64,000 nucleotides of DNA from the human T2T-CHM13v2.0 reference genome, Homo sapiens (GCF_009914755.1 NC_060934.1); one strand, 5' to 3'; counted from the first letter of the stretch, positions 16,930 to 32,910 are shown. The notes: a model not told the origin generated them from the letters alone. Made by a program: numbers and translations.

Positions 16930-17090
16930 AAGCTGGATTGGGAGTTAGAAGACTATTTCTAGTTTAACTCTGCCAAATACTTAGCACAGGGCAAACTAGA
17001 TACCCTTTCTGGCCTTCATTTCTTTATCTCTAAGATGGAAAGATAAGACTAGATGATCTCCAAACTTCTTTAAGCTCTGACATCTACTGG
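16930..17090 (+). mobile_element. MIR3-like fragment
   Basis: ctggattgggagttagaagac...gactagatgatctcc...gctctgacat. Confidence 0.65.
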
Positions 17091-17621
17091 ATTTCTTCCA
17101 AAAGCACAAACTGTTTCCTGTGCCACAGAGGTCATTCAGAGGCTTCTCCTTATTTTTCAAAATGAATCCTAAACAATTAGAGTGATTTCTCTTCTCATGG
17201 TTCCCGTCACCCCTCCTCTGTGTTCTCTTGAGCTTATGAATACCTCCCTATAAGTAGCCTCATCACAGCCTACTTTGTATTATAAAGAATATTATGTTTT
17301 CCTGTTGTGGGCTTTTGGCAAACAGTAACCAAGTAATTAATTTTAGGCTCTTCTAAAGCATGTAGTGAATGCTGCCTTCCCCTTTGTTTATTAGAATTGC
17401 ATATTCAGGAAATTACAAGTCTATGATTGCTCAATATTTCAAGTATTACTGTTTCTCAGATTTTCAGTGCAAATGATTGAATAATTATTCCCTGTGTAAC
17501 TTTCATGATACTATGCAAATACAGAACTCCTTTGCTTATGTGTACAATTATTGGTTCATAATTTTTTTATTAAGAGAGTAGCAATTTATATATGTATATG
17601 ATTATGTGTTTGTATATATAA

Positions 17622-18006
<385 letters not shown>

Positions 18007-18104
18007 GGCAATTTTTATATAATGTTTTTCATTTTTATGCTGGAGCCCACCTCACTTTTTCCAAGTCCTTCTTACATGTTGCTCATTATAAGGCCCTTAT
18101 GAAG

Positions 18105-18280
18105 AATTTGAAAGTGGAAAGTGTTCTTCCAGGTCATCTCTGATCTAACCCCTTATTTTATGTTGAGAAAACAAAGGCCCAGAGAGTTTAAAATGTCACT
18201 GCCGGTCATAGCCAAGGGCGAGCTAGAACTGATGCGTCTCAATTTCCAGCCCAATGACTGTTTCTCTGCTATAGCACAGT
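18105..18280 (-). mobile_element. MIR fragment
   Basis: aggtcatctctgatctaaccccttattttatgttgagaaaacaaaggcccagagagttt. Confidence 0.65.
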
Positions 18281-18912
18281 AATATTTATGGACATATCAC
18301 ATAAAACATATCTATTTATATAAGTATAAGCATAAGAATATTTATGTTTGGTTTACATTCTCTTACAGAAAGGTAGAGAAATTCAGGTATATATTTTTTC
18401 TCTTGAATGTCTTAGAGATTTGCATCTTTATGAATATTATTCATTGGTTGAAGAAAACATTGCTAAGTAAGTAGAAGATATGTATCCTGTTTCTTTAGAA
18501 GCCTATTTCATGCTGTGCCAAGGGGATAGAGTACAAGTGCTGGTTAATAATTTATAGTATATATTCATCTCCATTCCTCTTTGACTAAAATATTAATTCC
18601 CCATTGATCATCATTATTTGCTTTTTGCCCAGGCAATATGCAATGTGCAGAGAGTTTGATGAAAGGGTTATTTCCTAATCTCATCATGCCCCCTGTGCTC
18701 TGCCAGTAATTTACTGACTTTATTTACTTGTGGTAATGAGCACACCACGTAGAGTGTGCCAGCTGCTGGGATTGTCCTGGGTGCCTTCTTTCTAAGGCAG
18801 GATGATGTAAAAAGCACAGATGTTTTTCTAATTTAGCATCTGCAGCATGTGCTTGCATTTATATTACATTTTTCATGGAACAATGCAGGTGAATATATAA
18901 TATAAAAAACCA

Positions 18913-19049
18913 CACTGGGTGCAGTGGTGTGCGCCTGTAGTCCCAGCTACTCAGGAGGGTGAAGCCCAAGGATCCTTTGAGCCCAGATGCTTGAGACCAG
19001 TGTCTACAACATAGCAAAACCCCATCTCTAAAAAAATAAAAATAAAAAA
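18913..19049 (+). mobile_element. Alu monomer (FLAM_A-like)
   Basis: Single arm followed by an A-rich tail. Confidence 0.85.
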
Positions 19050-20103
19050 TCTCAGCTTGATTTAATAAAATGAGTTTATTTAAAATATCTCGAGAAGTGT
19101 TTGGAGGGTGTATGTGTATTTAGGCTTGTTTAAAAAAACAACAGGTCCTGGAAGATGGGGCATAGAACATTTGGTTTAATGGCTTAGAAATTGTATAATT
19201 CTAGAATTTGTATAATTTTTGTATATATAGATATTTTTGTATATATGCTTACACTGTGTGTACTATATATATATATATATAATTTGTGTAATTTTTCATA
19301 ATTTATAATCCAGGCAACAGAAGAAATCTAGTATGTAAGCCATCCTTTACTATATATGCTAAAGGAGAGAGGCTTTTTATATTTGAATTGGTAACAAGGA
19401 AGTCAATCTGCAAATCATTCTTTGTTTATGTGAAGTGCAGTTTTCAACTTGTATTTGTCTAAGAATATCTGCCTTTCCAAAATGTGAGCATTTCCACTAG
19501 ACTGTGAAGCCATGGGGGTAACTGATGAAGGAGGAACTAGCTCTTGTCCCACTTCCTCTTTGGGCTACTAGTTCATTCCCTTTCTATGCCTTGCTGAGTT
19601 GGGAATTGATTGCATCATCCTCACACCAGTAGACCTATGGGCTAGCTCCTCTCGCCCCTTCTCTTTCTGACTTTCATCTCTGCCTTCCTCTTTTTAAAAA
19701 ATATAAACATTTCTGCTTTCATCTTCTCCCACTACCTCTTTAAAACCTTCTGCTAATATAAATGAACTCAAGAACTGCAAGAGCTCTTGGCACACTGAGT
19801 TTATGGGCTGCACCGCATGTCCATCACATACTCGTATTTTTTTCATAGTTGAGCCAATGGTATGACAACCATGGGGTGTTTGGTTGCTTATAACACACTT
19901 CAAGGACAGTGGATTCATATTACGATTGCTCTTGCTCAGATGGTGGCCCAGTTCTTCCTGAGGTAAATCTGTTTGAAGAGTCATCTAAGCAATTCCTGCA
20001 TATTGGGGGCGAGGAGGAGACAGTCTTTGTGTTCTAGGCTCGAATATCGTAACTGCCCTACTTGGCAAGTCACCATTTAATATATCAATTCTTCATGTAT
20101 ATA

Positions 20104-20520
20104 TGTATCAATTAGGATCTAGCAAAGAAATCAGAAACCACTTTAAGTATTTACAAGAGAAGAAATTCAATTTGGGTACAGGAATTGTTTACACAGGTGC
20201 TGGAGAAGCTGGAAGCCAAACGGGTTTATCAACAGAAAAAGAAGTGAAAGAGGTAAGGCCCCAGGAGCCAGGGTCAGCTGGCAGTGGCTAGAACCACGGC
20301 AGGCCTGCCCAGCAGGAGCTGAAGCCAGAGAAGGGACCTGTCTGTCACCTGAGAAACCATCCAAGGTGGAGGAGCTGTGGCTTCAGGCTTCTTCCCACTC
20401 CTCATCTCCTCTACACTCCCAAGCCTGCGCCTCGCATTGCCCAATCACAGAGGGCAGCCAGTGACACTGGAGCTCAGGAAAGGCAACCTGTTGAGGTCAG
20501 CTCCTCGTTGAAGAACATAT
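20104..20520 (-). mobile_element. Old ERVL-class LTR (LTR41-like)
   Basis: tgtatcaattaggatctagc...cagaaaccactttaagtattt...ggaattgtttacacaggtgctggagaagctg. Confidence 0.45.
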
Positions 20521-21433
20521 AGATCGGAGCTGGATGGTCAGTGAGGCGGGAGGGGAGGCATAGGAAATGGAAAGGAGAAGAATGGGTCATATTGTGAAGA
20601 GGCTGAAGACACACATAAAAGTCACCATCTGACCCTGAGTCTCTTGATCCCCATTACTGGTGAAATCTGAGTGCAGGTTTAGGAATCCAAGTGGGCAAGG
20701 ATCACGAATCTGAAGGTTTTCCAGAGGCTCCCTGTGGTTCTTGGAGTACCTGTTTAAGCTCCCTTCTCTTTAGGACTTTCTGGTTTTTCTCCTCTTGCCA
20801 ACTGCCTACACCACTACTTCCTTGTTTAAACTTTCCCTGCCATCACTGGTCAGAATTATATGGGTTTACCAGGGAAAACCTGAAACCTTCTTCAGCTAGC
20901 TCACAGCCTTGGTTGAAGGTTAGATTAATCAAGTCAAGGATGTTGATGTCTTCACAAGTGTTGCTTAAGCCTTAGAGGTGGGATCAGGTCTTCTTCAAAC
21001 ACCTGCACAGGAAATGATCCCTGAGTGCTATGCTGGGCTTTTTGCTCCACTGTCAAGCGCTCATCACATACCACCAAATATTTTAATTATGTGTTTAATG
21101 TCTTTGCAATTCTACTAAAATGTAGATTTCTTGAGGATAAAGCCTGTACCCTATGGAACTTTACATCCCAGAACACTGTGCTACTCAAATATTAGGTATT
21201 GAAGTTTTTGATCAATCGAGAGGTAGAGATCCATCAAACAGAAAAGATAAGCTCTAATCTCTGTGGTTTTGGGTAAATTAGTCTAAAGTCTCTGAGCCTT
21301 ATTTTAATGATTTTTAAGATAGGATTTTAAAGCATTCTTCTGTGACCTGTTGTTTCAAGTACAACACAAGTAACTAGAGGGCAAGGACAATATCTTATGT
21401 TTTTATGTAGAGCATCTAGCACATTGTCCTGCA

Positions 21434-21499
21434 CAAATAAGATGCTCAGTACATGTTTAGTGAGGAGCGCAAATAAGATGCTCAGTACATGTTTAGTGA
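21434..21499. repeat. Perfect 30-bp direct duplication in an L2 3'-end relic
   Basis: caaataagatgctcagtacatgtttagtga at 21434-21463 and 21470-21499; spacer ggagcg. Confidence 0.95.
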
Positions 21500-21510
21500 A
21501 GAAAAATTGA

Positions 21511-22193
<683 letters not shown>

Positions 22194-22256
22194 TTTTTTT
22201 TTTCTATTTCTGTTTATTATATTTAAACAGTAAGAGTAACTTAGGAATCTACTTAT

Positions 22257-22675
22257 CAGGGATTGCAAACTCAAATGCCTACCAGAATCAAGTAAGTAAT
22301 GTGAAATGGACCTGGTTAAGACAAAAGGGAATATAGTTGGCTCTCCATATTCTCGGGTTCTGCATCCACAGATTCAAGCAACCATAGATTGAAAATAACT
22401 CAGAAAAAAACCTCCATTAAAAAAAGATACAACAAAAAAATTTATACACATTTAAAAATACAATATAACAAATATTTACATTGCATTTATATTAAATACT
22501 ACAAGTAATCTACAGGTAAAGTATGCGAAGGATGTGTGTAGGTTATATGAAAATACTACACTATTTTAAATAAGGGACTTGAGCAGCTATGGACTTTGGT
22601 ATCCACAAAGGCCCTGGAACTAATCCCCCATGGTCGCCAAGGAGAGACCGTAGTGGGGGCTGTGGTGAACTGGAG
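22257..22675 (+). mobile_element. MER102-like hAT fragment interrupted by MER2
   Basis: cagggattgcaaactcaaatgcctacc at the start; resumes gtgggggctgtggtgaactggag. Confidence 0.5.
22335..22650 (-). mobile_element. MER2 (Tigger/TcMar MITE)
   Basis: gggttctgcatccacagattcaagcaacc ... gggacttgagcagctatggactttggtatccac...ctggaactaatccccc; TA at both ends. Confidence 0.88.
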
Positions 22676-22782
22676 ATTATTGAAAAGAACATTAAATGTC
22701 CTCACTAAAGGGAGCAGCAGATATTCTGTCCTAATCAATTACTGTCATATGGGAGAATGGCTCCAATGTTGTCAGAACTTAA

Positions 22783-23145
<363 letters not shown>

Positions 23146-23781
23146 TAGCCAGTTAGGAGATTCTGCTAGTATCAATGCACGCATTAAAAAATAATCCCTT
23201 GTATATTCCCAGGTGTTAATGTTAACATTTCTTATAAAGGCACTCATTTAAGATGCTTTGGAAATTAAGACATGGTTTTGGAACTTTAATTTTTCCCGTC
23301 TTCCTTTCCAGTTTTAACTGGAATACTTTATTAGTGCAGCTCTCTGTTGCATTCAGTTTACTTGCGGAGGTGGCATAACCATAAGGCAAAAAAGAGAGCT
23401 GTTAGCTATTGCTGTGCTTTGACTTTTTATTGATGAAAGCACTAACTGGGTAGTTGTTTTTTTTCAGATTATTTTCTACAACGATTATTATATAAGTAAT
23501 GATAGGCTTTCAATCAATTATCTAAAAATTGCTTACATGTAGAGACTACAAAGATTATGGATATGCTAATGTTTAGATGTGGTTAGCTCAGATAAGTGCA
23601 ACACACTGTTGGCAAGGCTGGGCTTGAGTTCTTGTGGCAAAACAACCAGTTAATTTCAGACACAGAAATCCTCTGTGTACCAGCAGAGAGTAATGGCTCA
23701 AGCAGAGCCACTTGAGTTTCATAAGACCTACTCCAATTTGCTGTTGATTTGATCTTGAGGGGAGCTAATAAAGGTAGTAAA

Positions 23782-23903
23782 TGAGTCATTTTCCAGCATG
23801 ATATAACTAGAATTGGTTCTTGGCCCAGAAAGATGTGAGTCAGTTTAGTCCTGACTCAGTTCCCAGTATGATGCACAGTGACTCATTTCCCTATGTGATG
23901 TCA
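23782..23903. promoter_or_regulatory. Homotypic AP-1 (TRE) cluster, candidate enhancer
   Basis: TGAGTCA at 23782 and 23836, TGACTCA at 23852 and 23879, plus CRE-like TGATGTCA at 23896, all in non-repeat sequence. Confidence 0.6.
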
Positions 23904-25024
23904 TGTTTGTTCCTTATAAGATTTGACCTCCTCATTGTTTTGTTGTATTTTTTTAAAAGAAGAAAAGGAGAGTGTTGTAGAATAAGATGAAATACTCCAA
24001 GGAATATAGAATCAGACTAATAAATAAAGCCTTGATATTCTCACAATGAGCCTGAAGGAATAATTAAACTTTAAACACCTATATTGTTGTTCCCATCTAT
24101 TTAGATTATTAATTTCCAAACAGCCTAGCTATTAGGCAACATTTGATTGAAAACATTGCACGTGTAAAAGGAAAAAGAATTGCTATCACAACAATTCAAT
24201 TATTTGGTAGATACATTTATAAAAGACAGCTGCATTTGAAAAAGTTGACAATAGATGGTCAGATTAAAGAGGACACATGAATGGATCTTTCTAGAAAGAT
24301 ACATTCATTTATACACAGAAGGTAACCAACAATGGAATGTTTCTTATGAAAACCGCATTTTCAAAATATGTAGAATTTTAAAATATACTGTGTAAAAATG
24401 GCTTTGTCAACTGTGAATGCAGTTCAGTGTTCATGGCTTGTGTTGGCGATTAAGTTTGGAGGCTGAGGAGAAAAGCAACTAAAGCATCTCCGACATTGTT
24501 TGGTGAAATGTATTAACTTTGGTGACCTCCTCAAGGCAGACCAATCTCATCCTCAGTAGGTAACTATACCGATAAAGTCAAAGCTATGTAAGTTAAGGTT
24601 TGTTTTAATGGCAAGCAATAGAAACCCCTTTTAACTAACATAAGCCAAAAAGGGAATATTGGATGGTTGAATAAAAGGAGGTGCATAATAACTAAGCCTC
24701 AGAGCACTTTGGGGGCCCCTCATTAGGTACTTCTAGACCTTCTATGGTTCTGTTGACTGCTAACCCTGCTCCAACAACCTTCTGTATCTGTTTCTCATAA
24801 TTTACGTTTCAAATTCCCAGAGGATGATCCACTAATTGGCCTCACTCAGTAGGTGCATCTCCCTTTGGGACAATCATCCCTGACTGAGGGGCTAGCTGCA
24901 CGATTCCCTCTGGAGAACCGTTATGAGCAGCACATCCCAACTTGTGTCTGTACAGAGACTGTTTTGTTCTCCAACTTCCTTCTCTTCCAGCCCCAGTCAT
25001 AACACTGTTTTCATCTATCCTGTA

Positions 25025-25190
25025 GATGAGTGCATTCAAAGTTCTATGTTTACAGAGGTCACCGGGGGATCTCGTTAAAGTGCAGATTCTCATCCAGTAG
25101 ACTTGGGGCACTACCTGAGATTCTGTATTTATAGTAAATTACCAGGTGATGCCAACAATGCTGGTTCTGGAACTGCGTTTTCAGGAGCAA
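25025..25190. mobile_element. MER5A (hAT-Charlie)
   Basis: tcaccgggggatctcgttaaagtgcagattctc...tgagattctgtattt...ccaggtgatgcc...atgctggttc. Confidence 0.8.
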
Positions 25191-25368
25191 GCCTGTATTA
25201 GGTGTTCTTGATGCCAAACTAGTATCTATTCTCTCCTCCCCCTTTCCTGGTAGCAGAGAAGTCTTTATCTAAGGATCCACTTCCATCCCTATACAGTCCA
25301 TGTGCTTTGGGGGAAATTAAACACACTCCTAGCGCTCGTGATGGGTACCAATTGCTTTAAGCTAATCA

Positions 25369-25872
<504 letters not shown>

Positions 25873-25957
25873 TCAGATGTAACTATTAGAGACTTGATTG
25901 TGACTGTCAGCATTTCTACAACCATTGGGAGAGTCAGCCTTAAAAAAAGGCTGACAC

Positions 25958-26253
25958 GGCTGGGCGCAGTGGCTTAACGCCTGTAATCCCAGCACTTTGG
26001 GAGGCCAAGGCCGGTGGATCACGAGGTCAGGAGTCCAAGACCAGCCTGGGCAAGATGGTGAAACCCCGTCTCTACTAAAAATACAAAAATTAGCCAGGTG
26101 TGGTGGAGGGTGCCTGTAATCCCAGCTACTAGGGAGGCTGAGGCAGAGAATTACTTGAACCCAGGAGGTGGAGGTTGCAGCGAGCCGAGATCATGCCACT
26201 GCACTATAGCCTGGGCAACAGAGTAAGACTCCATCTCAAAAAAAAAAAAAAAA
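25958..26253 (+). mobile_element. Alu (AluSg-like)
   Basis: Full dimer with poly-A. Confidence 0.97.
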
Positions 26254-26268
26254 GGAAAAAGCTGACAT

Positions 26269-26585
<317 letters not shown>

Positions 26586-27384
26586 TGCTGACACTAGTGA
26601 AGGTAGGACAGAGAGAGAGAAATGGGCCATTGATAGCATCATTAAAACACTGGATTAACTACTCTATGCCCACCCTAACAATTATGTGAAACAATAAATT
26701 CCCTTCAATTTTAAAGCCAGTTTTAGTTGGATTTTCTGTTACAACACAAAGAGTCTTAATCAACAATGGGGAAATGACTTATTCCATTCCTAGGCCATCC
26801 CACTTTGGTACAATGTGGGTTCCTTCATAGTCACCCTGGTCAGAAAACACCAGGATCAGAAGGCGTTCCAAAATACCCCTTGGTATGAATTTAGAAACAG
26901 GCTTTATTGTAGAAACATACAAAGCAAGTGTCAGCAGGCAAAAGAGTCATCTACAATCTCCCAGCCTTTCATGAATCCAAGAAAATGAATCTTTTAGAAT
27001 ATGGCAAGTTATGTTTTAGGGGAAGGACTCTACCTCCTTATTGCTTTCCATGTGGAGAGAGGATCAGAACAACTTATCAGTGGGGATGGAAATAGGTACT
27101 GGGGCACCAGGCAGTCTGAGTTATGTGTTAGATGTTCTGAGAAGTTGTCTGGGAAAGCCAGCTTTCCAGTTCTGGAGATTTGAGGACTGTGGAGAGTGGT
27201 AGCTCATATGAGTAGGGTGGGAAAGAAACTGCCAGTTCTGTGGGAAGCTAAATTTAGGGCAGCCCACCCCACTGGGAGAAGGGGGGAAGCCCCTGTTCCA
27301 CTTGGCTTGTCCAAGCCACCCCAAGTGACCTCCCAGAGTCCCTTTTAGACAACTTTGCTTGTCATACACCAAACTAAACCCTTG

Positions 27385-27900
27385 ACCCAGCCAGTTGCTT
27401 AAAATCCTTCATCTGCTTCACCACTGCCTTCAGGGTAAAGTCCAAGGAGTTGGTTGTCCGAGAGTCACCATCTGGCCCAACCCAACTATTTGGTCTTTCC
27501 GTGTCACCCTCCACCTTATACTGTAAACTCCAACTGTCCTGGATGACCTGCTGTGCTCCAAGCATTTCATGTAACAAAAGCTTTCAGTGTCTGGAAGACT
27601 TTTGCACCATGCGTCTTCCTGGAATGTATCTTGCTGAGCACTCTGTCCCCCAAATTTTGTCATGATCAAAGCCTGCTCATCATCTGTTTCAGCTCCACTG
27701 TTTCTCTCTCTGGAAAACATTCCCAGATCTTTAATCCCCATACCCTGCATAATTAATCATTGCTTCCTCAGAGTTCCCATGGCACTTGGTTCACACTGCT
27801 AGCATGCACTTATCACCTTGTTAAGCAACACATCCACGGCCTCCCCTAGATTACCAGTTTCCTGAGCACAGAGACCTTGTCTTACTTGTCTTTACAGCTT
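27385..27900 (+). mobile_element. L2 3' fragment
   Basis: ccactgccttcagggtaaagtccaa ... cctcccctagattaccagtttcctgagcacagagaccttgtcttacttgtcttt. Confidence 0.75.
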
Positions 27901-28634
27901 AAGCCGTACTGGGCTGCTCTCCATGGGACTGAGCCTGCTGGCCGCACTGTGGCATCCTGCCCTTTATTCTGTATTAGGGAGCATACCTTACGGCCAAGGC
28001 TTACTGAGCAGTTGTACAGGCCTTTCCCTGGTGATAAGAGAATCTGAAGAGGACTAGGTACACCTTGTCAAAATGCTGGAATTTGTATCCAGGTTGGAGA
28101 GTGCCTAACACATTTGGGAAGAAACAAAATTGGGGTAAGAAGCAGCCCGATTTTTTAAAATAAGTTCTTAAAGGGTCAGTGGGACCGAATGCCTTGAGGA
28201 ATAGCTACTGATACAGAAGATGACCTAGTTTGTAAAAAGAACAGCATAATATTTTAAATAAAGGTTTTCCTCCTTTTGACCTTTTTCCAGTATGACTGTA
28301 TTGCTGTTAACTTTATTACTGAAGCTTAATGCCCACGATACCAGGAAGCACTTCTAGAAACAGCTGTGAATGTGGCCATTCATGGGTTTTGCCCCCACCA
28401 TCAGGGCATGTGGGGAGGGATTTCTGTTTCCGCTGCCATGGTGCCTGTGTTTTTCCTGTGAGTACTAATGAAAGGCCCTTAAATTAGACCACACAGAGTT
28501 AAGGGAAATTGTTTATTCCTTCATTTTCATCATACCAAGGAACTTCAGAGATTTGGATCTATACACTTTGACCTCTAAGGAGTTTTAGAACAAAGGTGTG
28601 ATGTCCAGAAAGATAAGAATCAGCAGGTCACATG

Positions 28635-29210
28635 GCTTTTCTGAAGGTTTATTCAGTCATCCCAGGACATCTAAAGGCAGGCAGATGCCAAAGTACACAC
28701 GGGGCATTGGGTGTGAGCCTGATGAGAGCAGAGACCGGGAGGCCTAATGGAGGGGCTGGCACAGTGACAGTCTTCAGGACTAGTCTGGCCTGTGCAGCAG
28801 CTGCACATGTTCCTGGGATCAGAGCCAGCTGGTGGCTCATGGCAGTGGTTTCTGGGTCCTGGCTCCACCCCAAGACAGGCTCGAGCTCCTTAGCCCTGAC
28901 CTGGCAATAGCTTTGTTCTGGCTTCACACTGAAGTTTGGCTGCTGAGCCAGAAGGTGAAGGCAGAACCTTGCACTGTCACCCATGCCCTCCTTCCAGCCT
29001 GATACACGGGCTGCCCCAGGCAGGGCCAGGGACCAGTGGGAAAAACCAGTCCTCCGGGGTGAAACTTCCATCATCCTCAAAACTTTTGTAGTGGTCTTGC
29101 CCTCTTTGGGTCTTCTGGGGGCACTTCAGTGTTGCTATCTGTGCATAAGGCCTCAGGTTAAAGTAGATGTCATATGGGATGGAGCAGAAATCTGGCAGGA
29201 GATGCCCTGG
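28635..29210 (-). other. Candidate terminal exon, or 3' fragment of a retrocopy; parent gene unidentified
   Basis: GC-rich non-repeat island; acceptor-like gtttctggattgttacag at 29211; 77 open codons (PGHLLPDFCSIPYDIYFNLRPYAQ...); AATAAA at 28653-28648. Confidence 0.35.
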
Positions 29211-30029
29211 CTGTAACAATCCAGAAACATTCAGAGATGACTCTGAGACTGGATTTCAAAACTGGCTTTGGTTTTGCAAGAAATGCCACCCCAGATCTGG
29301 TTCTCCAAAATACAGTATCAGGAAACCCACAAAATAAGATGGATTTTAATCTCTATTAGAACATTTCCCAAACATTCCAAATAAAACATCACTAGTGACA
29401 CTATTGGATATTGATGCTTTCAGTCTTTCCTCAAGTGTGGATAAAGCATCTTCAGAACATTTTAGTAGCTTTATTGATTGGAACAGGCAATCTAAGTAAA
29501 AGCAAAGTGCTTGCTATGCAAATAAAGCTTCTAGACAAGACTCCAGTCTCCCTCTGGCAGCAGCTTGCCATCCCAAACCCCTCCCATCTGGGACTCTGAA
29601 ATCTGCTTTTAAAATACAGTCTGTATTTGCATGTCCCAACACCCCCCTCCTTGTTTTAGTCTAATTCTCCCAGGTTGAGAGAAACACAATAAAGGAAATT
29701 TTGTTGTTGTTGTTTTCAGTGCTTCCTTTTCACAGACTCTTTTTTTGGAAACCGCAACCTCGGATCCCAGCAGAGCTTCCTGGGGACTTGAAGAACATCA
29801 ATCAGTTTCGCAGCTGGAGGCCGAGGCTTTCCTCAGGGAAGACTTTTTACATAAAACAGATTGTACTTTGTCCTTGCCAGGGCAGACAAAGATTTAAATT
29901 AAATATGCAGAAAGCTCCAGTTGGCTGCCTGCCACAGCCTGGGAGAGGGGGAAGGGAGATTGTGTCCCCACTCTCCTTCCTTTCTCTCTAGTTGTTTCTT
30001 TTTCCCATTTCTGTTATTACAGTGATAGG

Positions 30030-30190
30030 AGCCAGCAGTTAAGAGACTTGGGCTTTAAGCTGGGATTTTCTGTAAATTCACTGTGTGATGTGATACAAGT
30101 CACTCAGCCTCTGGGACCTCAGTTTCCTCTTCTACAATGAAGAGTTTGAATGAGATGATCTTTGAAAGTCTTTTCCGTATTTAACCTTCC
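30030..30190 (+). mobile_element. MIR3-like fragment
   Basis: caagtcactcagcctctgggacctcagtttcctcttctacaatgaagagtttgaatgagatgatct. Confidence 0.7.
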
Positions 30191-30477
30191 AAGTTATCTC
30201 CAAACTCAGATGCATGCTTTTCCAGCAAATACCCTAAGCCTCATCTATGAGTAATGCATCCTCACTGTTCCTGGGGTGACTGGAAGGACCTGGCCTGTTT
30301 TCCCATACACCTCACGGGCCAAGCAGTCACGTTATAAGGGAGGGAGGCCCAGTAAAACATGGTAAGTGGCAACTGACTTTGTATCTCAGTTTTAGGGAGT
30401 ATAAGAGAATGGTGGGGATTGTGGCAAACTGAAGAGAAAGAGTCTTCCCAAAAAGGGGCATCCTCTACCCAAGTTGA

Positions 30478-30859
<382 letters not shown>

Positions 30860-31672
30860 TAGTGTGAAAGTGCTAAACTTTTAAATATTGGCAATGAATT
30901 AAGAAAAACTCTGTGTGCTTCACAAAATAGATAAATAGATCTGTGGGCTGAATTCATCTTGAAGATTAGTTTGCCAGGTCTTCGTGGACCTTAAGAAGAT
31001 AAGGTCTTCTCTGTCTCAGAACTGTTGAGAAAACCTATGTGTTTAAAAGTGTGTTGTAAGCTGCAGCAAAGTACTAGAGACATAAAAAGCAGAACCTTAA
31101 TAGGTTGTTCATCATATTTTTCAATATAGAAATTTTACACTGGAGGGTAGGTTTCAGGAAGATAACTTGATCCCTAATCAACTTCCAAATCAAGTCATGG
31201 CTGGGGAGTTAATGATTCTGTTCTTTTGTTCATTAAAAATAATTTATAATTTCTACCTCCATATTAAAAATTGATTTCATGCTATTAGCCTTGTGGGAAA
31301 AGCAGGCTATAATATAATATATATTTAAACTTCATATTTCTATATTCTGTGGTAAGTGCAGCCTTTTATGTTATGATTAACATATTAAATGAAAGTATCA
31401 TTTTAGTATAAAATTGAATATGGAAAATTGATATGAGTAATATACATTTTAGTCAATATTTCTGCCATTTGAATTCACAAGGATATAGTGTATATCTTCT
31501 ACAATACTATAATAATTGCAAAAAAAGTATGCAAAGTACAAAAGCAACATGACAGAAGTTCTATTTTCTTTATACTAAAGTATTAAACCTTATCTGCAGA
31601 AAGACAGAAAGAGGAACAGAGAGAGAGAGAATCAAATGAAAGTTGAATTTAGTCTTTTAAAACATACATGGT

Positions 31673-32012
<340 letters not shown>

Positions 32013-32400
32013 TTAACTGTATAAGAAATACAAATTTTAATTTCGGGAATGTGTATGATATATACTGCAGTTTTTAATTTATTTAAGTGATGTGCAAGTA
32101 ATAGGCACAGGTGATAATTTAGGAAACAAGATAAAGTGAATCCCATATTGAAATGCCATAATTTCAGAGTAAAATAATGGAAATAGTACTTAAATATAAA
32201 GCTTTTGCTTTTACATGGATAGATAACAATTCTGTTTTCAATTTTTTTCATGATCTTAGCAACTTAAGACATAAATATTTCATTTCTTTATCCTTTTTTC
32301 TAGAGTTTGTCTCATTTTCTTCCCTTGTATTTAAGCTTTTTATCTTTTTGCCTCATGTATATAGTCTCATAGATTTGATCGATTAATGTATAGTTTCTGA

Positions 32401-32910
32401 TGATGGAGTTTAGAACATGCTGCCTCAACATAGAGCATCTTGGCATTTGAGAAAACAAAAGCAGGAAGGACTCTGACCTTCTCCCTTTCTTCTCCTTTGA
32501 AGCAGGTCATAAAAGAATTCTCTGACTTTCCTCTGAAGCAGATCATAGTATTGTCATGTGAGAAGTGTCCACCCTATACCCCGAGGAAAGGAGTATCCTT
32601 ACCTCTGAAGACACAGAAACACAAAGAATCTAAACAAACAGTTCTTGCTAAGTTCTCCCAGTTTATTCTCAATAGGTCATACCCCCTTTGCCCAATCGTC
32701 GTACTTCATGGCTATCCACTTCCTCATCAAACTTAGCATAAAAATACACAGGTTTCCCTTTTCTTTGAGTCTTTCTTTCTGAAGCCTCCTGTGGCATATA
32801 AAACTTATATTAAATACATTCATGTGCTTTTCTCTTGTTAATCTGTCTTTTGTAGGTACCTCAGCCATGAAGCTAGCAATAGGTGAGGGAAAGAAATCTT
32901 TCCTTTCTAA
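32401..32910 (+). mobile_element. MER39-like solo LTR
   Basis: tgatggagtttagaacatgctgcc...cttggcatttgagaaaacaaaagcaggaagg; homologous to 3237-3863. Confidence 0.8.

Noticed and set aside
23290-23380. Strong plus-strand acceptor-like tract ttcccgtcttcctttccag
   Set aside because: All three frames stop quickly, and there is no convincing donor or partner exon
23782-23795. NFAT:AP-1 composite (TGGAAAATGACTCA on the minus strand)
   Set aside because: Spacing between GGAAA and TGA is 1 nt, shorter than the canonical composite
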